In this document: one piece after another, positions 1-9,599 of the stretch
Position numbering within the stretch: position 1 is the first letter of the stretch
Layout of the letters: every line of letters begins with the position of its first letter
IMG/VR virus record: IMGVR_UViG_3300025940_000007
Location: 1-64,000 of that record
Reading direction: 5' to 3' (one strand)
DNA length: 64,000 nt
Source: a virus
Translations under genes and position numbers: made by a program
The notes under the pieces: generated by a model
Database searches by the model: none
What the model was told of the DNA's origin: nothing
Seen by the model: only the letters and a program-made list of their open reading frames with translations

Positions 1-265
1 TCACTTCGCAGTCAGCGCATAGAACAGCGCGATCAATGCCAGCAATCCACTGATCCAGTAGGCATGATCGAGCAGCGCTGCTATCGCCACCATCGACACG
101 ACGATGTACATCAGCCCCAGCGCTTCATGGCATCCATGAACGTGAGCGCTGGCACTTCCTGATCACTGTACTGGCCCTGCGTGGCATGCGCACCGACGCG
201 CATCGCGCACCACATCACCAGCGTGCGCGGCAGGCGCCATGCGATCCACATCCAGATTTTCTCGC

Positions 266-562
266 TCACATATCGCTCCCGTTGCCTGCTCGACCGCTTC
301 CTGTCCAGTAGCCGGGCTCATCGATGACGGGCATCCTATCGACGCCTTGAGCAACCTTCATCGCGTTGAACATATCGCCCATCGTACTGGCGCACACGCC
401 ATGCGGATCGCGCGATGCTTCCAGCATTGACCACGGCACCATGCCGGAAACCTTGTGCCTGTCCTTTGCCAGCCTGAACGTCAGGCCCTCTTCGTTTAGC
501 GACACGGTGATGTCCATGCAGCTTGCGGTCTTGGCGATGCCTGCCAGCGTTTCGACTTTCAT
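266..562 (-). CDS. hypothetical phage protein
   Basis: 98-aa ORF in the minus-strand gene run downstream of the terminase. Confidence 0.5.
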   Translation of the reverse strand: MKVETLAGIAKTASCMDITVSLNEEGLTFRLAKDRHKVSGMVPWSMLEASRDPHGVCASTMGDMFNAMKVAQGVDRMPVIDEPGYWTGSGRAGNGSDM

Positions 563-660
563 CGATCATCCCCGCGTATCGTTTCGATCAGCGCTTGCTC
601 TGCGGTGAGACCGCGTACGTTCTCGCAATCCTCCAGCGCAGCGGATGCTGACGTGGTGCT

Positions 661-1083
661 TCATCGACGCGCCTTCTTCTTCGCGGCCTTCTTCTTCGCA
701 GTGCGCTTCGCACCCGATCGCGCGGGCGGCGCCTCTTCCGGTGCATCGATCACCGCAACAGCGAACAAGCGGCCCTCTCTCTGCTCGACCGGGTTGCCAC
801 GTGTGCCCGAGCGAAACTTGATCCAGCCCACTGCACGCCCGACATCATGCGGGATGATCACGCCACTGCCCGGCACGACAACATCGATGGTGACGGCATA
901 ACCCTTGAGATCGAACATGTCGTTGAACGAGGTGCCATCAGTCGAGAACTCAAACGTCATTGGCGCTTCGGTCCAGTCCGAAGGCATGGTGATGCGCACC
1001 AACTGTGCGCCACTGCAATCAACTGCGCTCGACAGCGACTCCCCTGCCTCGATAAACGGACCGTCCAACACTTTCAGCGCCAT
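661..1083 (-). CDS. hypothetical phage protein with Lys/Ala-rich basic tail
   Basis: GGAGCAAC RBS before MALKVLDG; ends AKKKAAKKKARR. Confidence 0.7.
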   Translation of the reverse strand: MALKVLDGPFIEAGESLSSAVDCSGAQLVRITMPSDWTEAPMTFEFSTDGTSFNDMFDLKGYAVTIDVVVPGSGVIIPHDVGRAVGWIKFRSGTRGNPVEQREGRLFAVAVIDAPEEAPPARSGAKRTAKKKAAKKKARR

Positions 1084-1274
1084 CACGTTGCTCCCTTCAG
1101 CTTCAAGACTTCTTCGACCTCGCGCTCTATCGCGGCACGATCCATCTCGGTGGGCAGACCAGCGAGCAACGACTCGATGTCGATGATCAATTCCCACATC
1201 TCATGTTGATACCAGTTGCGCGATGCACGCTGGTGCAGGATCGTGACGGCATCGCGCAGTTCGTCGTCGGTCAT
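1083..1274 (-). CDS. hypothetical protein
   Basis: 63-aa ORF abutting both neighbours. Confidence 0.55.
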   Translation of the reverse strand: MTDDELRDAVTILHQRASRNWYQHEMWELIIDIESLLAGLPTEMDRAAIEREVEEVLKLKGAT

Positions 1275-1275
1275 C

Positions 1276-1473
1276 TCACGCCTTCGGCTCTGGTGTCCCG
1301 CCTTCGGCTATCGGGTGCGCGGGCTTCGGCCTGTTCGCGATAGCATCGGCCAACTGCTGACGCTCCACTCGTAGAGCCTGAGCGAAATTATTCCAATCAT
1401 CTTGATCATTCCCTGATGCCTGATGCGCGGTCTTCTCTGCGGCCTGAATGATTGCGTCGAGAATTTCTTCCAT
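1276..1473 (-). CDS. hypothetical protein
   Basis: short ORF in a tightly packed minus-strand run. Confidence 0.5.
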   Translation of the reverse strand: MEEILDAIIQAAEKTAHQASGNDQDDWNNFAQALRVERQQLADAIANRPKPAHPIAEGGTPEPKA

Positions 1474-1474
1474 G

Positions 1475-1678
1475 TCATCTCTCCAGTTTTTTGAAACTAC
1501 CATTCATCGCATCCCAGTGCGTCTTGCGCATGTAGCAGCGCAGGCTGTCGTTGCTCATCAGCACATCGTTGGGACCGAGCATGGCGAGGATGCCCGGCGG
1601 GATGTTGCGCGCGTCTGCGTTGTCATCCGGCACCACGATCACCTGTACTCCGCCGATCGGCGTCACTGTCGCGACCAT
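1475..1678 (-). CDS. hypothetical protein
   Basis: 67-aa ORF in a tightly packed run. Confidence 0.5.
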   Translation of the reverse strand: MVATVTPIGGVQVIVVPDDNADARNIPPGILAMLGPNDVLMSNDSLRCYMRKTHWDAMNGSFKKLER

Positions 1679-1944
1679 GTCACCACCCGAACAACCACAT
1701 CACCCAGTATCCAGCCACTGCAGCGGCGAACACGATCGCGTAGTGCCACCAGTACACGGGCGCCCGCAGCCAGCGTTTGAAGCTATCGATCATCCCTTGA
1801 TCTCGTCAACAGCCTTCACTTCCACTTCACGGTTGCCGCACCTCGGACAGAACGGCTGACCCTTGGCGAATTGCTTGATGGTGATATCGCGGATCTGCTT
1901 GCATGCGGTGCAGCGCAACGTCACCTTCGCTAGCTTCTTCACCA

Positions 1945-3420
1945 TCAGCCCACCCACGCGAGCGATCGATCGTAGGTCCCGATCGCCTCGGCCAGCTTGT
2001 TGAAGGCGCCAGATGCGGCGTCCACCTGATCGTCGTGCGTGCCCACCGGAAACTGTTCGTGCTCATCGAGGAAGGCGCGATTCCATGCGCCTGCCACTAG
2101 TGACACATCCCCGTTCTGCACGGCGCCCGCATAGGGCTCGGCCCGGATCTCTTTGGCGCCTGTCACCTTGTCAGCGAACGCGCCGAATTTCTTGAAGCGC
2201 CTGACGCTGGCCTCTGCGCTTTCCTTGCCGCCTGATCCGGGCTCTTGCTCGAACCAGATCGCATAGCGTTTGCACATCGCCTTGTCTGACTCTGCCGCCT
2301 GCATCAAGCGCGCCTCGCGCTCGCTCACCGGCCACTGGCCACGGATCACGTCCTCGATCACGGTGCCACCGTCGCGCATGTCGTGCATCAGCACCGCTGC
2401 GGTGTAGTCGCCGCTCATGTCCGAGCTTGCCTTGTCCACATAGCGGATCGAGTTGCGCACCCGGCTGCGATCGAAACTGCTGATCACCTTGAACCGCTCG
2501 GTCGGGAATGTATCGCCACCCGCTGCGATCGGTGACTGCTGATAGATGCTCTGCCAGCCCGCGTTGGTCAGCACCTTCTTGCGCGCCTGCAGGAATTCGA
2601 GTGGCTTCATCTCGGGGAAGAGCGCCTCGCCCTTCTTGCGGTAGCGCTCGTTCTTGGTGGCCACGGCGGTGTAGCGCAGCACGCGCGTTTGCGGGAAGTG
2701 CTCGATCCATCGCCCGAGCGGATCATCGAGGTGCCACCTCGTCATGATCATCAAGAGCCCGGCCTGATCGGAGAAGCGCCCGAAGAAGTCGTCGGTGAGC
2801 CAGCCCCACGTCTTGTCTCGGATCACCTTGCTCTGTGCTTCGGCTCGGCCTTTCATCGGGTCATCGATCACGCCGAGATCCAAACCCATGCCGTTGATCT
2901 GGCCCATGACAGTCGTGTTTCTGAATGAGCCGTTGTGCCCCACGTATTCCAAGATGGTGCTGTTGCGCAGCCAGCGTGCGGCGGTGCTCGATGCGGCGGT
3001 GTCATTCAGCTTGGTGAACTCGAACACCTGTTTGTAGCGCGGGCTGTCATAGATGCGCTGCAGTGCGAGGTTCACCTTGACGCCGAGCTCATCGCTGTAC
3101 GATCCGAAGATGGTTCGCAGATCCGGATCTAACCCGGCCACCCACGATATGAAATCTGTAATCTGCTCGGTCTTACCGTGCTGCGGTGGCGCCTGAATGA
3201 CCATCGTCGGGCGGCGCCCCTCCTTCATCTGGCGAAAGAACCACATCAGGTTTTGCGCCAGATGCTGTTGCCACCACGTGGTCACGAGGTTCGGCCTGAT
3301 GATGCGCCTGTACAGATAGAAGTCGGTGCGGGCTAACGCATACTGCAGATCGGTCCATGCACCCAGATCGCCGTCATTCAGATCCGCCGCTGTCGTCTTC
3401 TCCGGTGGAAACTGCACCAT
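1945..3420 (-). CDS. terL: terminase large subunit
   Basis: Walker A-like PPQHGKT, GVIDDP Walker B, MTRWHLDD, YQQSP, EQEPGSGGK and HDDQVDA nuclease motifs. Confidence 0.95.
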   Translation of the reverse strand: MVQFPPEKTTAADLNDGDLGAWTDLQYALARTDFYLYRRIIRPNLVTTWWQQHLAQNLMWFFRQMKEGRRPTMVIQAPPQHGKTEQITDFISWVAGLDPDLRTIFGSYSDELGVKVNLALQRIYDSPRYKQVFEFTKLNDTAASSTAARWLRNSTILEYVGHNGSFRNTTVMGQINGMGLDLGVIDDPMKGRAEAQSKVIRDKTWGWLTDDFFGRFSDQAGLLMIMTRWHLDDPLGRWIEHFPQTRVLRYTAVATKNERYRKKGEALFPEMKPLEFLQARKKVLTNAGWQSIYQQSPIAAGGDTFPTERFKVISSFDRSRVRNSIRYVDKASSDMSGDYTAAVLMHDMRDGGTVIEDVIRGQWPVSEREARLMQAAESDKAMCKRYAIWFEQEPGSGGKESAEASVRRFKKFGAFADKVTGAKEIRAEPYAGAVQNGDVSLVAGAWNRAFLDEHEQFPVGTHDDQVDAASGAFNKLAEAIGTYDRSLAWVG

Positions 3421-3559
3421 GTTGCCCGAGCACCTTCATCACCTCATCGGCCATCGCCACCACGAGGTCGATATCCATTTCCTTGTCGCTGTTTCTATCA
3501 TGGTTATAGGCCAGCGCTAGCGCGTGGAGCACATCATCCCGGCTGATCGGTGTCGGCAT
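3374..3559 (-). CDS. hypothetical protein
   Basis: 61-aa ORF overlapping the ends of terS and terL. Confidence 0.45.
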   Translation of the reverse strand: MPTPISRDDVLHALALAYNHDRNSDKEMDIDLVVAMADEVMKVLGQHGAVSTGEDDSGGSE

Positions 3560-4004
3560 CTTCGGCCTCCAGATCGAGCGGCTCGGGCTCGTCCATCGGG
3601 TTAGGCTCTGCCTGCATAATCTTGAACATCAATTCCATCGAGACGCCACGGCTGGCGAGCTCTCGCTTCACCTCGTCCACTGACTTGTACGTGGTGCGCT
3701 TGGGCCGGTCGTCCTCCAGCGTCTTGCTCTCGACCTGCAGCGGAATGATGCGGGATAACAGCATGACGAACGCCCGGAGATCCTCTTGCGCCACCTTGCG
3801 CATGAAGCCGACCAGCTTCCCCTTGCCCTGCCCGTCTTGCCCCTCGATCTCTGCGGCGAGCATGATCGCCTCTTTGAGCAGGCGCGTGTTCTTGTTGATG
3901 GCACCGCGTGGCTTGCCCGGGTTTGGTACGCCCTCTTTGCCGAAGCGGCCTCGCTTGCTCTTTATCGGCACGATGTTGGTGCCCATGTCCGTTGTGTCGG
4001 TCAT
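3534..4004 (-). CDS. probable terminase small subunit
   Basis: GRFGKEGVPNPGKPRGAINKNT N-terminus typical of TerS; lies upstream of terL. Confidence 0.75.
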   Translation of the reverse strand: MTDTTDMGTNIVPIKSKRGRFGKEGVPNPGKPRGAINKNTRLLKEAIMLAAEIEGQDGQGKGKLVGFMRKVAQEDLRAFVMLLSRIIPLQVESKTLEDDRPKRTTYKSVDEVKRELASRGVSMELMFKIMQAEPNPMDEPEPLDLEAEDADTDQPG

Positions 4005-4122
4005 GTGAACGTGTCCTGTATTTTACAGATGGGTGTGATCTGGGCACTACCGTTCGCTTCGAGAAATGACTTTTCTCGAATGATCCACGACCCTCACCGG
4101 CTCTGCTTCTCCGATGACTGCG

Positions 4123-4560
4123 CTAGTGCTTGTACAGTGGTCGCTTGCCTTTGCGGCTGGTCTCACTGGCCAAGAATTTCGTTGCTGCCCTCGACAGACT
4201 TTCCTTACGGAAACGCTTGTTCGCTGGCATGGCGCCGTATGTCTCTGCGTCCTCTAGAGCGTCACGCCTTACCGTGTGCTTGTCAGCATGGTCGGCGCGC
4301 TCCATCAGCATCATCTCGTATACGCGCTCCATCTTGAGCCGCTCGCTACCAACCAGAAACTTGGTCAGAAACCAGTGCGCTCTGAGATGCTCGTTTGGCC
4401 ACAGCTTGACCAGATTGCTCGGCGCGTCACTCCCACCGAGAGAGCGCGGCACGATGTGGTGGATCTCATAGCCACGGTGGTACTTCACCGCTTCGATGCG
4501 AGCGCGCTCGATCAGGGCATCGTATTTCTTCCTGTAATCGATCTCGATCTCGTCTGTCAT
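4123..4560 (-). CDS. HNH endonuclease
   Basis: EIHHIVPRSLGGSD..NLVKL..EHLRAH motif. Confidence 0.85.
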   Translation of the reverse strand: MTDEIEIDYRKKYDALIERARIEAVKYHRGYEIHHIVPRSLGGSDAPSNLVKLWPNEHLRAHWFLTKFLVGSERLKMERVYEMMLMERADHADKHTVRRDALEDAETYGAMPANKRFRKESLSRAATKFLASETSRKGKRPLYKH

Positions 4561-5024
4561 CGCAATAATCCCGGCGCCAACTCAACACGTCCCAATGTCT
4601 CTAGTAGGATCACCTCGCGTTGGCGAGATGTTTGGTTCTGGTAGATCCCGCGCTGTCCGGCGAACAATCCGCCGGTCACTTGCACGTTCTGTCCCTTGGT
4701 GAACATTGAGCGCTTGAGCTCGATCAGGCCGCGCACTTCCCGCGCCTTCATGTTCGTTATGAATTCTTCTGGCAGTTTGGCGGGCTGTTGTCCGTTCATC
4801 AGCACGGTACTGACACCGATGGTGCTGAAGAGGCGCTGCCACTGGTCCTCAATCCACACAAAGAGATAGCGCGGGAATAACCACCGCGCTGTGTGCACTT
4901 TGCGCCCTCGTGTGATGCGGACAATCTTCTCTCGCGGCGCGTAGATCGTGAAGCCCTGCCGCTCGCAGTGAGCGATGGCGCGGTGCTCGCAGGCTGGCTG
5001 TGACTGTACGACCGACCAGAACAA
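4557..5024 (-). CDS. NusG/RfaH-family transcription antiterminator
   Basis: NGN motif LFPRYLFV..STIGVS; KOW motif GQNVQVTGGLFAGQRG; TTG start after GGAGGGGAG RBS (ORF track extends to 5111). Confidence 0.85.
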   Translation of the reverse strand: MFWSVVQSQPACEHRAIAHCERQGFTIYAPREKIVRITRGRKVHTARWLFPRYLFVWIEDQWQRLFSTIGVSTVLMNGQQPAKLPEEFITNMKAREVRGLIELKRSMFTKGQNVQVTGGLFAGQRGIYQNQTSRQREVILLETLGRVELAPGLLR

Positions 5025-5606
5025 CGCGCTCCCCTCCTGATGCGGGCGAATCACCTTTCCCGCACCCTGCCCGATCGATGATTCCCGGGTCAAGACTGTC
5101 CTCGTGGCCAATATCCGCCCGGCTGGCCTTCGGAATTACCGAAATCGGGCTCGCTACGGGCGCCCATAGCGGCCCGGCTTCCTGCTAAGTGGCTGATTTC
5201 ACGCCATGAAATATTTTGATGAATTTCCTCATCAGGACCTTGCGAATAGCGCCTGACGCGCTATGTTGTGTTGGTCGGCAGGGCGATTGCCCCGGTCGGC
5301 CCCGGAAGCCGGAAGTGACCGTCTCGGGCCAAGTTGGGAATTCCTCACAGTGGTGGCTCTGACAGGCCACGGTAACGGGAAGTTACTACTCCCTGTGGAG
5401 ACAACACTCAGTAGCCGCTGACGGCACGCCATAACGACCGCTCAGCTACGGGATTCCGGAAGCGAACAGGACGCGGGGAGAAACAAAGAAGGCCCTCGAA
5501 TTTCGAGGGCTCATCTACTCCGCGCAGCGCGATAATCGGGACGATGCCTCATGGCGATGTTAGCCCGCGTTCGACGCTGCGCGGCAAGATGAGCCTCCGC
5601 TCATCA

Positions 5607-5656
5607 GGGGCTCGGCCATCAACCCTGCGTAACCCACACAGGCACTGCCGAGCCCC
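5607..5656 (+). ncRNA. solitary TIGR-like stem-loop guide unit U1
   Basis: GGGGCTCGG-CCA-TCAACCCTG-CGTAACCCA-CACAGGCAC-TG-CCGAGCCCC. Confidence 0.8.
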
Positions 5657-5683
5657 ACCTTCATCTCACAAGGGAGCAACACC

Positions 5684-5848
5684 ATGCCTTTCAATTTCGA
5701 TCACGTCCTCTCCGCCCAGTCACCGTTCGACGCGAACGTGTGGCAGTGCGAACGCTGCGACACTGCCGACTACGAAGCCAACCACGATCTGGTTGATTGC
5801 TTCAACGTCTGGGAAGACGACAGCATGAACGTCGAGGAGGATTGCTGA
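5684..5848 (+). CDS. small acidic CxxC protein
   Basis: GGAGCAAC RBS; 54-aa ORF read by hand; TGATG coupling to next gene. Confidence 0.55.
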   Translation: MPFNFDHVLSAQSPFDANVWQCERCDTADYEANHDLVDCFNVWEDDSMNVEEDC

Positions 5849-6012
5849 TGCAATTCTCTCACACCACCGAACGGTGCACGCGCTGCCCGCACGTCACTGA
5901 TCTGTTCTACTGCCGCGCTGTCGATGAGTATCTCTGCGAAGACTGCATCGACCAGATAGCCGAGCGTCTCGACGCTCTGGCTGACGAGGCTGACGCCAAG
6001 CAGTCTTCCTAA
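5848..6012 (+). CDS. small Cys-rich Zn-finger-like protein
   Basis: CTRC..YC..LCEDC. Confidence 0.55.
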   Translation: MQFSHTTERCTRCPHVTDLFYCRAVDEYLCEDCIDQIAERLDALADEADAKQSS

Positions 6013-6036
6013 ACCTCACGCTCAAAGGAGCACCTA

Positions 6037-6297
6037 ATGCTGAAGTCCCCGCAAGCCTACGCCGCCGAAGTCCTCGACACCTGTTTTGGTGACAAGGACT
6101 CGGCGCTGTCCTCGCTCTACACCATCGCGCGCAACATCGAGGCGTTGCCGCCGCGCTACCTACTCGATGTCGCCAAGGCCATCGAGACTATCGCCGCCGC
6201 CGATGAGGCTGCGATCAACCAGCGCGTCGCCGACATCAAGTCGGGCAAGCACAGGGAAGGCCCCGTCCTCCTGCGCGATCTGCTCGGCAAGTTCTGA
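6037..6297 (+). CDS. hypothetical protein
   Basis: AAGGAG RBS; 86-aa ORF. Confidence 0.65.
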   Translation: MLKSPQAYAAEVLDTCFGDKDSALSSLYTIARNIEALPPRYLLDVAKAIETIAAADEAAINQRVADIKSGKHREGPVLLRDLLGKF

Positions 6298-6338
6298 CGT
6301 TTCGACACTGCCCTCCACGGAGGGCAGCACGAAGCGAC
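6295..6338 (+). repeat. structured intergenic element, copy 1 of 2 (not a TIGR unit)
   Basis: TGACGTTTCGACAC-hairpin containing CTCCACG-CACGAAGCG; same frame at 11440-11490. Confidence 0.6.
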
Positions 6339-6366
6339 ACGCTTCATTCACACTGAGGAGCAACTC

Positions 6367-7953
6367 ATGACAAACGGAAAGACACGCGGCCAAGTGGTCG
6401 CCGCCGACGTTTCGGCACTGCTACGCGCTCGCAACCCGCTGATCGTCATCGTGACGCGGGAAGAGGCGCGCGTCGAGGCGCTGCTGATCGAGGCCGCCGC
6501 TGCGGCTGGTTACATCCCGCGCACGTGGGATGTCGCGCAGGGCTTCATGGATCTTGGCGGTAAGCAAGCCAACGATCTTCGCGATACGCAGGACCCGGGC
6601 GGCGCGCTCACGATCATCGGCAACCGTGCGAGCGGTGGCCGCGAGCGCGGCGTGTGGATCATGCGCGATCTCTCGCCTTGGCTCGAAGGCAACGTTGGCT
6701 TCACCACGGTGAGGCAACTGCGCAACCTCGCACGGTCGCTCCCCGGGGCGCCACGTGAGAGTGCGCAGGCCATCATCATGCTCAGCCCGAAGGCTGACAT
6801 CCCTGCCGAGCTCGCTGGCCACGCCACGGTGATTGATTGGCCAATGCCCGATCGCGCTGAGATCGCAGCCATCCTCGACGCTGCGATCGAAGGCCTGCCC
6901 GACGATCTGCGGGAGAGCGCTGCACCGAACGGGCAACGCGATGCCGCGATCGACGCGGCGGTGGGCCTGTCCGGCGAAGAGGCACAGGCGTGCTACGCTC
7001 GCTCGCTGGTGCAGCTTCGCAAGATCGACCCGGCTCTCGTGGCTTCTGAGAAGAAGCGAGTGGTGAGCCGCGAGCGTGTCCTCGAATGGTATGATCCCAT
7101 CAAGGGCGGGCTCGATGCGGTGGGCGGCTTGGACAACTTGAAGTCTTGGCTCAACACCCGGAAGTCGGCATACAGCCCGGCGGCCCGGGCGTACGGTCTA
7201 CCCGCACCGAAGGGCGCCATGCTCGTCGGTGTGCCGGGCTGCGGCAAGTCGCTGACTGCGAAGGCGATCGCCACGGCGTGGTCGGTGCCGTTGCTGAAGG
7301 TTGATCTCGGTGCGCTCAAGTCGAAGTTCGTGGGTGACAGCGAGGCCAACCTCCGGAAAGTCTTCAAGCTCATCGAAGCGATCGGTCGCTGCGTCGTCTG
7401 GTTTGACGAGATCGAGAAGGCGCTGGAAGGCGCAACATCGGGCTCGGCAGACGGTGGCGTGTCGGCTGACGCGCTCGGTGCGGTTCTCACTTGGATGCAA
7501 GAACGTCAGGGCGAATCGTTTGTGATCGCCACGGCGAACAAAGCGGAGGGCCTGCCTCCGGAGCTCCTGCGCAAAGGGCGCTTCGATGAGGTGTGGTTCA
7601 TCGACTTGCCGACCACGACCGAACGTGCGGCGGTTCTCTCCGCTGCGTTGCGCGAGCATGGTCGTGGTGATCTGCCGATCAGCACGAGCAAGGTGGCGAA
7701 AGTCACCGAGGGCTTCACGGGATCTGAGATCGCAGCGATCGTGCCTGATGCACTGTTCGCGGCGTTCAACGAAGGCGCCCGTGAGATCAACACCGAGGAC
7801 CTGATCGACGCGGCCAAGACGGTCGTGCCGCTCAGCGTTACCGCTGCGGAGAAGATCACTGCTCTCCGCAACTGGGCTGCAGGCCGCGCACGCGCGGCAT
7901 CCAAGCCTGAAACGATTGTCGAGCGCGCCCGAGCACGGTCGCTCGACATCTGA
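6367..7953 (+). CDS. Ycf46-like AAA+ ATPase
   Basis: GVPGCGKS Walker A, WFDEIEK Walker B, ATAN sensor 1, LPPELLRKGRFDE. Confidence 0.9.
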   Translation: MTNGKTRGQVVAADVSALLRARNPLIVIVTREEARVEALLIEAAAAAGYIPRTWDVAQGFMDLGGKQANDLRDTQDPGGALTIIGNRASGGRERGVWIMRDLSPWLEGNVGFTTVRQLRNLARSLPGAPRESAQAIIMLSPKADIPAELAGHATVIDWPMPDRAEIAAILDAAIEGLPDDLRESAAPNGQRDAAIDAAVGLSGEEAQACYARSLVQLRKIDPALVASEKKRVVSRERVLEWYDPIKGGLDAVGGLDNLKSWLNTRKSAYSPAARAYGLPAPKGAMLVGVPGCGKSLTAKAIATAWSVPLLKVDLGALKSKFVGDSEANLRKVFKLIEAIGRCVVWFDEIEKALEGATSGSADGGVSADALGAVLTWMQERQGESFVIATANKAEGLPPELLRKGRFDEVWFIDLPTTTERAAVLSAALREHGRGDLPISTSKVAKVTEGFTGSEIAAIVPDALFAAFNEGAREINTEDLIDAAKTVVPLSVTAAEKITALRNWAAGRARAASKPETIVERARARSLDI

Positions 7954-7974
7954 GACACCGCGCAAATGCGGTTA

Positions 7975-8028
7975 GGGAGGCTCGGCCAAGGAGGAGTTGA
8001 ACTCCAGTTGTCGAATGCCGAGCCTCCC
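7975..8028 (+). ncRNA. solitary TIGR-like unit U2
   Basis: GGGAGGCTCGG-CCA-AGGAGGAGT-TGAACTCCA-GTTGTCGAA-TG-CCGAGCCTCCC. Confidence 0.85.
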
Positions 8029-8064
8029 GCTTTTCCCTTCTCTCATCCCAACAGGAGCAACATT

Positions 8065-8865
8065 ATGAACGTTCGCAACATCGAAACACTTCGCCCCGGC
8101 TTCCTCATCTCTCTCAAGACGTCGGTGCGCGGAAACGTCCAGTATCAGAAGCGCGACCTTGGCGACGCTGTCACCGAGGATGGCAAGCAAGTGGCCGAAT
8201 GGGAAACCACCCGGGTGATCAATGACCCGGTGGAATTCAAAGCGGCTGGCGAGGCTCGCGGCAAGGCGCGGTCGATGATCAACAGCGTCTGTGTGCAGTC
8301 GGCCTTCGGCCTCCTCTGCCCTGAGAAGGCGCAGGAAGAATTGGACAACGCGATCAAGTCCGCTCACGCGGTGGTCGATGCGTTCAACCAGACTGCGCAG
8401 CTTACCCGCGTCTCGGTTTACGTGATGGTCGGCAAGATCGCGAGCGACGACGTCGAAGCGGTCAAGGCGATCAACAGCGAGGTGTCGGATCTCCTCGGCC
8501 AGATGGAGCAAGGCCTCCGCAATCTGGACGTCAAGTCGATCCGCGACGCTGCCGCCAAGGCCAAGGGGATCGGCCAGATGCTGAGCCCCGAAGCAGCGGT
8601 GCGCATCCAGCTTGCGGTTGATGCCGCACGCGGCGCCGCGAAGGCGATGGTGAAAGCCGGAGAACAGGCGGCGGTCGAACTGGACATGCGTGCGATCCGC
8701 ACGGTGACCGAGAGCCGCACCGCGTTCTTGGATCTGGACGAGGCTCGCGAGATCGCGGCGCCCGCTCAGAGCCACCGCGCGATCGATCTGGACCCGGAGA
8801 AGGCGCGGAAAGAAACCGCTGCCTTCATCGCGAACGTATCGCCGAAGATCGAAATCGAAATGTGA
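8065..8865 (+). CDS. helical hypothetical protein in AAA ATPase module
   Basis: AGGAGCAAC RBS; ATG at 8065. Confidence 0.8.
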   Translation: MNVRNIETLRPGFLISLKTSVRGNVQYQKRDLGDAVTEDGKQVAEWETTRVINDPVEFKAAGEARGKARSMINSVCVQSAFGLLCPEKAQEELDNAIKSAHAVVDAFNQTAQLTRVSVYVMVGKIASDDVEAVKAINSEVSDLLGQMEQGLRNLDVKSIRDAAAKAKGIGQMLSPEAAVRIQLAVDAARGAAKAMVKAGEQAAVELDMRAIRTVTESRTAFLDLDEAREIAAPAQSHRAIDLDPEKARKETAAFIANVSPKIEIEM

Positions 8866-8887
8866 TCCACCGCTTCCGAGCGGTGGC

Positions 8888-8937
8888 GAGGCCCGGCCTT
8901 GTCGCTCTTGAAGCCCTTGGATGCAGTGCCGGGCCTC
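8888..8937 (+). ncRNA. solitary TIGR-like unit U3
   Basis: GAGGCCCGG-CCT-TGTCGCTCT-TGAAGCCCT-TGGATGCAG-TG-CCGGGCCTC. Confidence 0.85.
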
Positions 8938-8971
8938 ACCCTTTCCCCTCTCACCATAAGGAGCAGCACCG

Positions 8972-9319
8972 ATGGCGTGCGATACACAGCCCATGAAGGG
9001 CCAGACACTAACCGAACGAAAGACCCAAGTCCGCGAGATCATCGCTTTCACCGATGAGCTCATCCGCAAGGGCAAGATCAAGATCGTCGTGGACAAGCGC
9101 ACGGGCGCGATCGCGTTCGATGGCATGACACCGCAGGAGCGTGGCAACGTTTCCGATGCGTGCACATACAGAATGATAATGGCCACCGGCACGGTGCTCG
9201 CCAAGCAGGCGATCGCACGCGCTGAGCAACTGGCCGGGCGTGGCGTCAATCGGCAAGCGCTGACAGCCGGAGTGCATTCGCATGACGGTGGTCAGAGTTG
9301 GTCAACACACAAGCACTGA
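8972..9319 (+). CDS. hypothetical protein in AAA ATPase module
   Basis: AAGGAG RBS; 115 aa. Confidence 0.75.
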   Translation: MACDTQPMKGQTLTERKTQVREIIAFTDELIRKGKIKIVVDKRTGAIAFDGMTPQERGNVSDACTYRMIMATGTVLAKQAIARAEQLAGRGVNRQALTAGVHSHDGGQSWSTHKH

Positions 9320-9529
9320 ATGCCGGTCAAGATCGACCGGCAAATCGCCGAGGAAATCCGCGCCCTCGTTCGCGAGGGCATGACGCAGAAGGAGGCCGCC
9401 TATCGTGTCGGCCTCTCGAAGTCTGCTGTCTCAATGATCGTCGCCAACAAAGTCTGGAGCAACCATGAAGACTCTGATCATCACCGCCGCGCTGCTGCTG
9501 TCGATCGCGACGGCGACAGCCCATCCTAA
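9320..9529 (+). CDS. HTH DNA-binding protein
   Basis: GMTQKEAAYRVGLSKSAVSMIV helix-turn-helix. Confidence 0.7.
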   Translation: MPVKIDRQIAEEIRALVREGMTQKEAAYRVGLSKSAVSMIVANKVWSNHEDSDHHRRAAAVDRDGDSPS

Positions 9530-9599
9530 TCACAGCAACCCGCCGACGAATTCGTGCCACGCGCACGGCTCGCAACGTCACTGCCACTGAGGAGCAACC

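Noticed and set aside
5112-5560. tRNA or genome terminus in the divergent intergenic region
   Set aside because: No cloverleaf or T-loop motif and no terminal repeat recognisable by eye.
6295-6338. Hammerhead ribozyme on the minus strand (CGAAAC present)
   Set aside because: No CUGANGA core at the required position.
6468-6485. U5 match to the AAA gene (15/18, RIEALE vs RVEALL)
   Set aside because: GC-rich common codons, non-synonymous mismatches, and U5 has complementary 9th bases implying the 17-bp register; likely chance. I found no convincing self near-target for U1, U4, U5 or U19.
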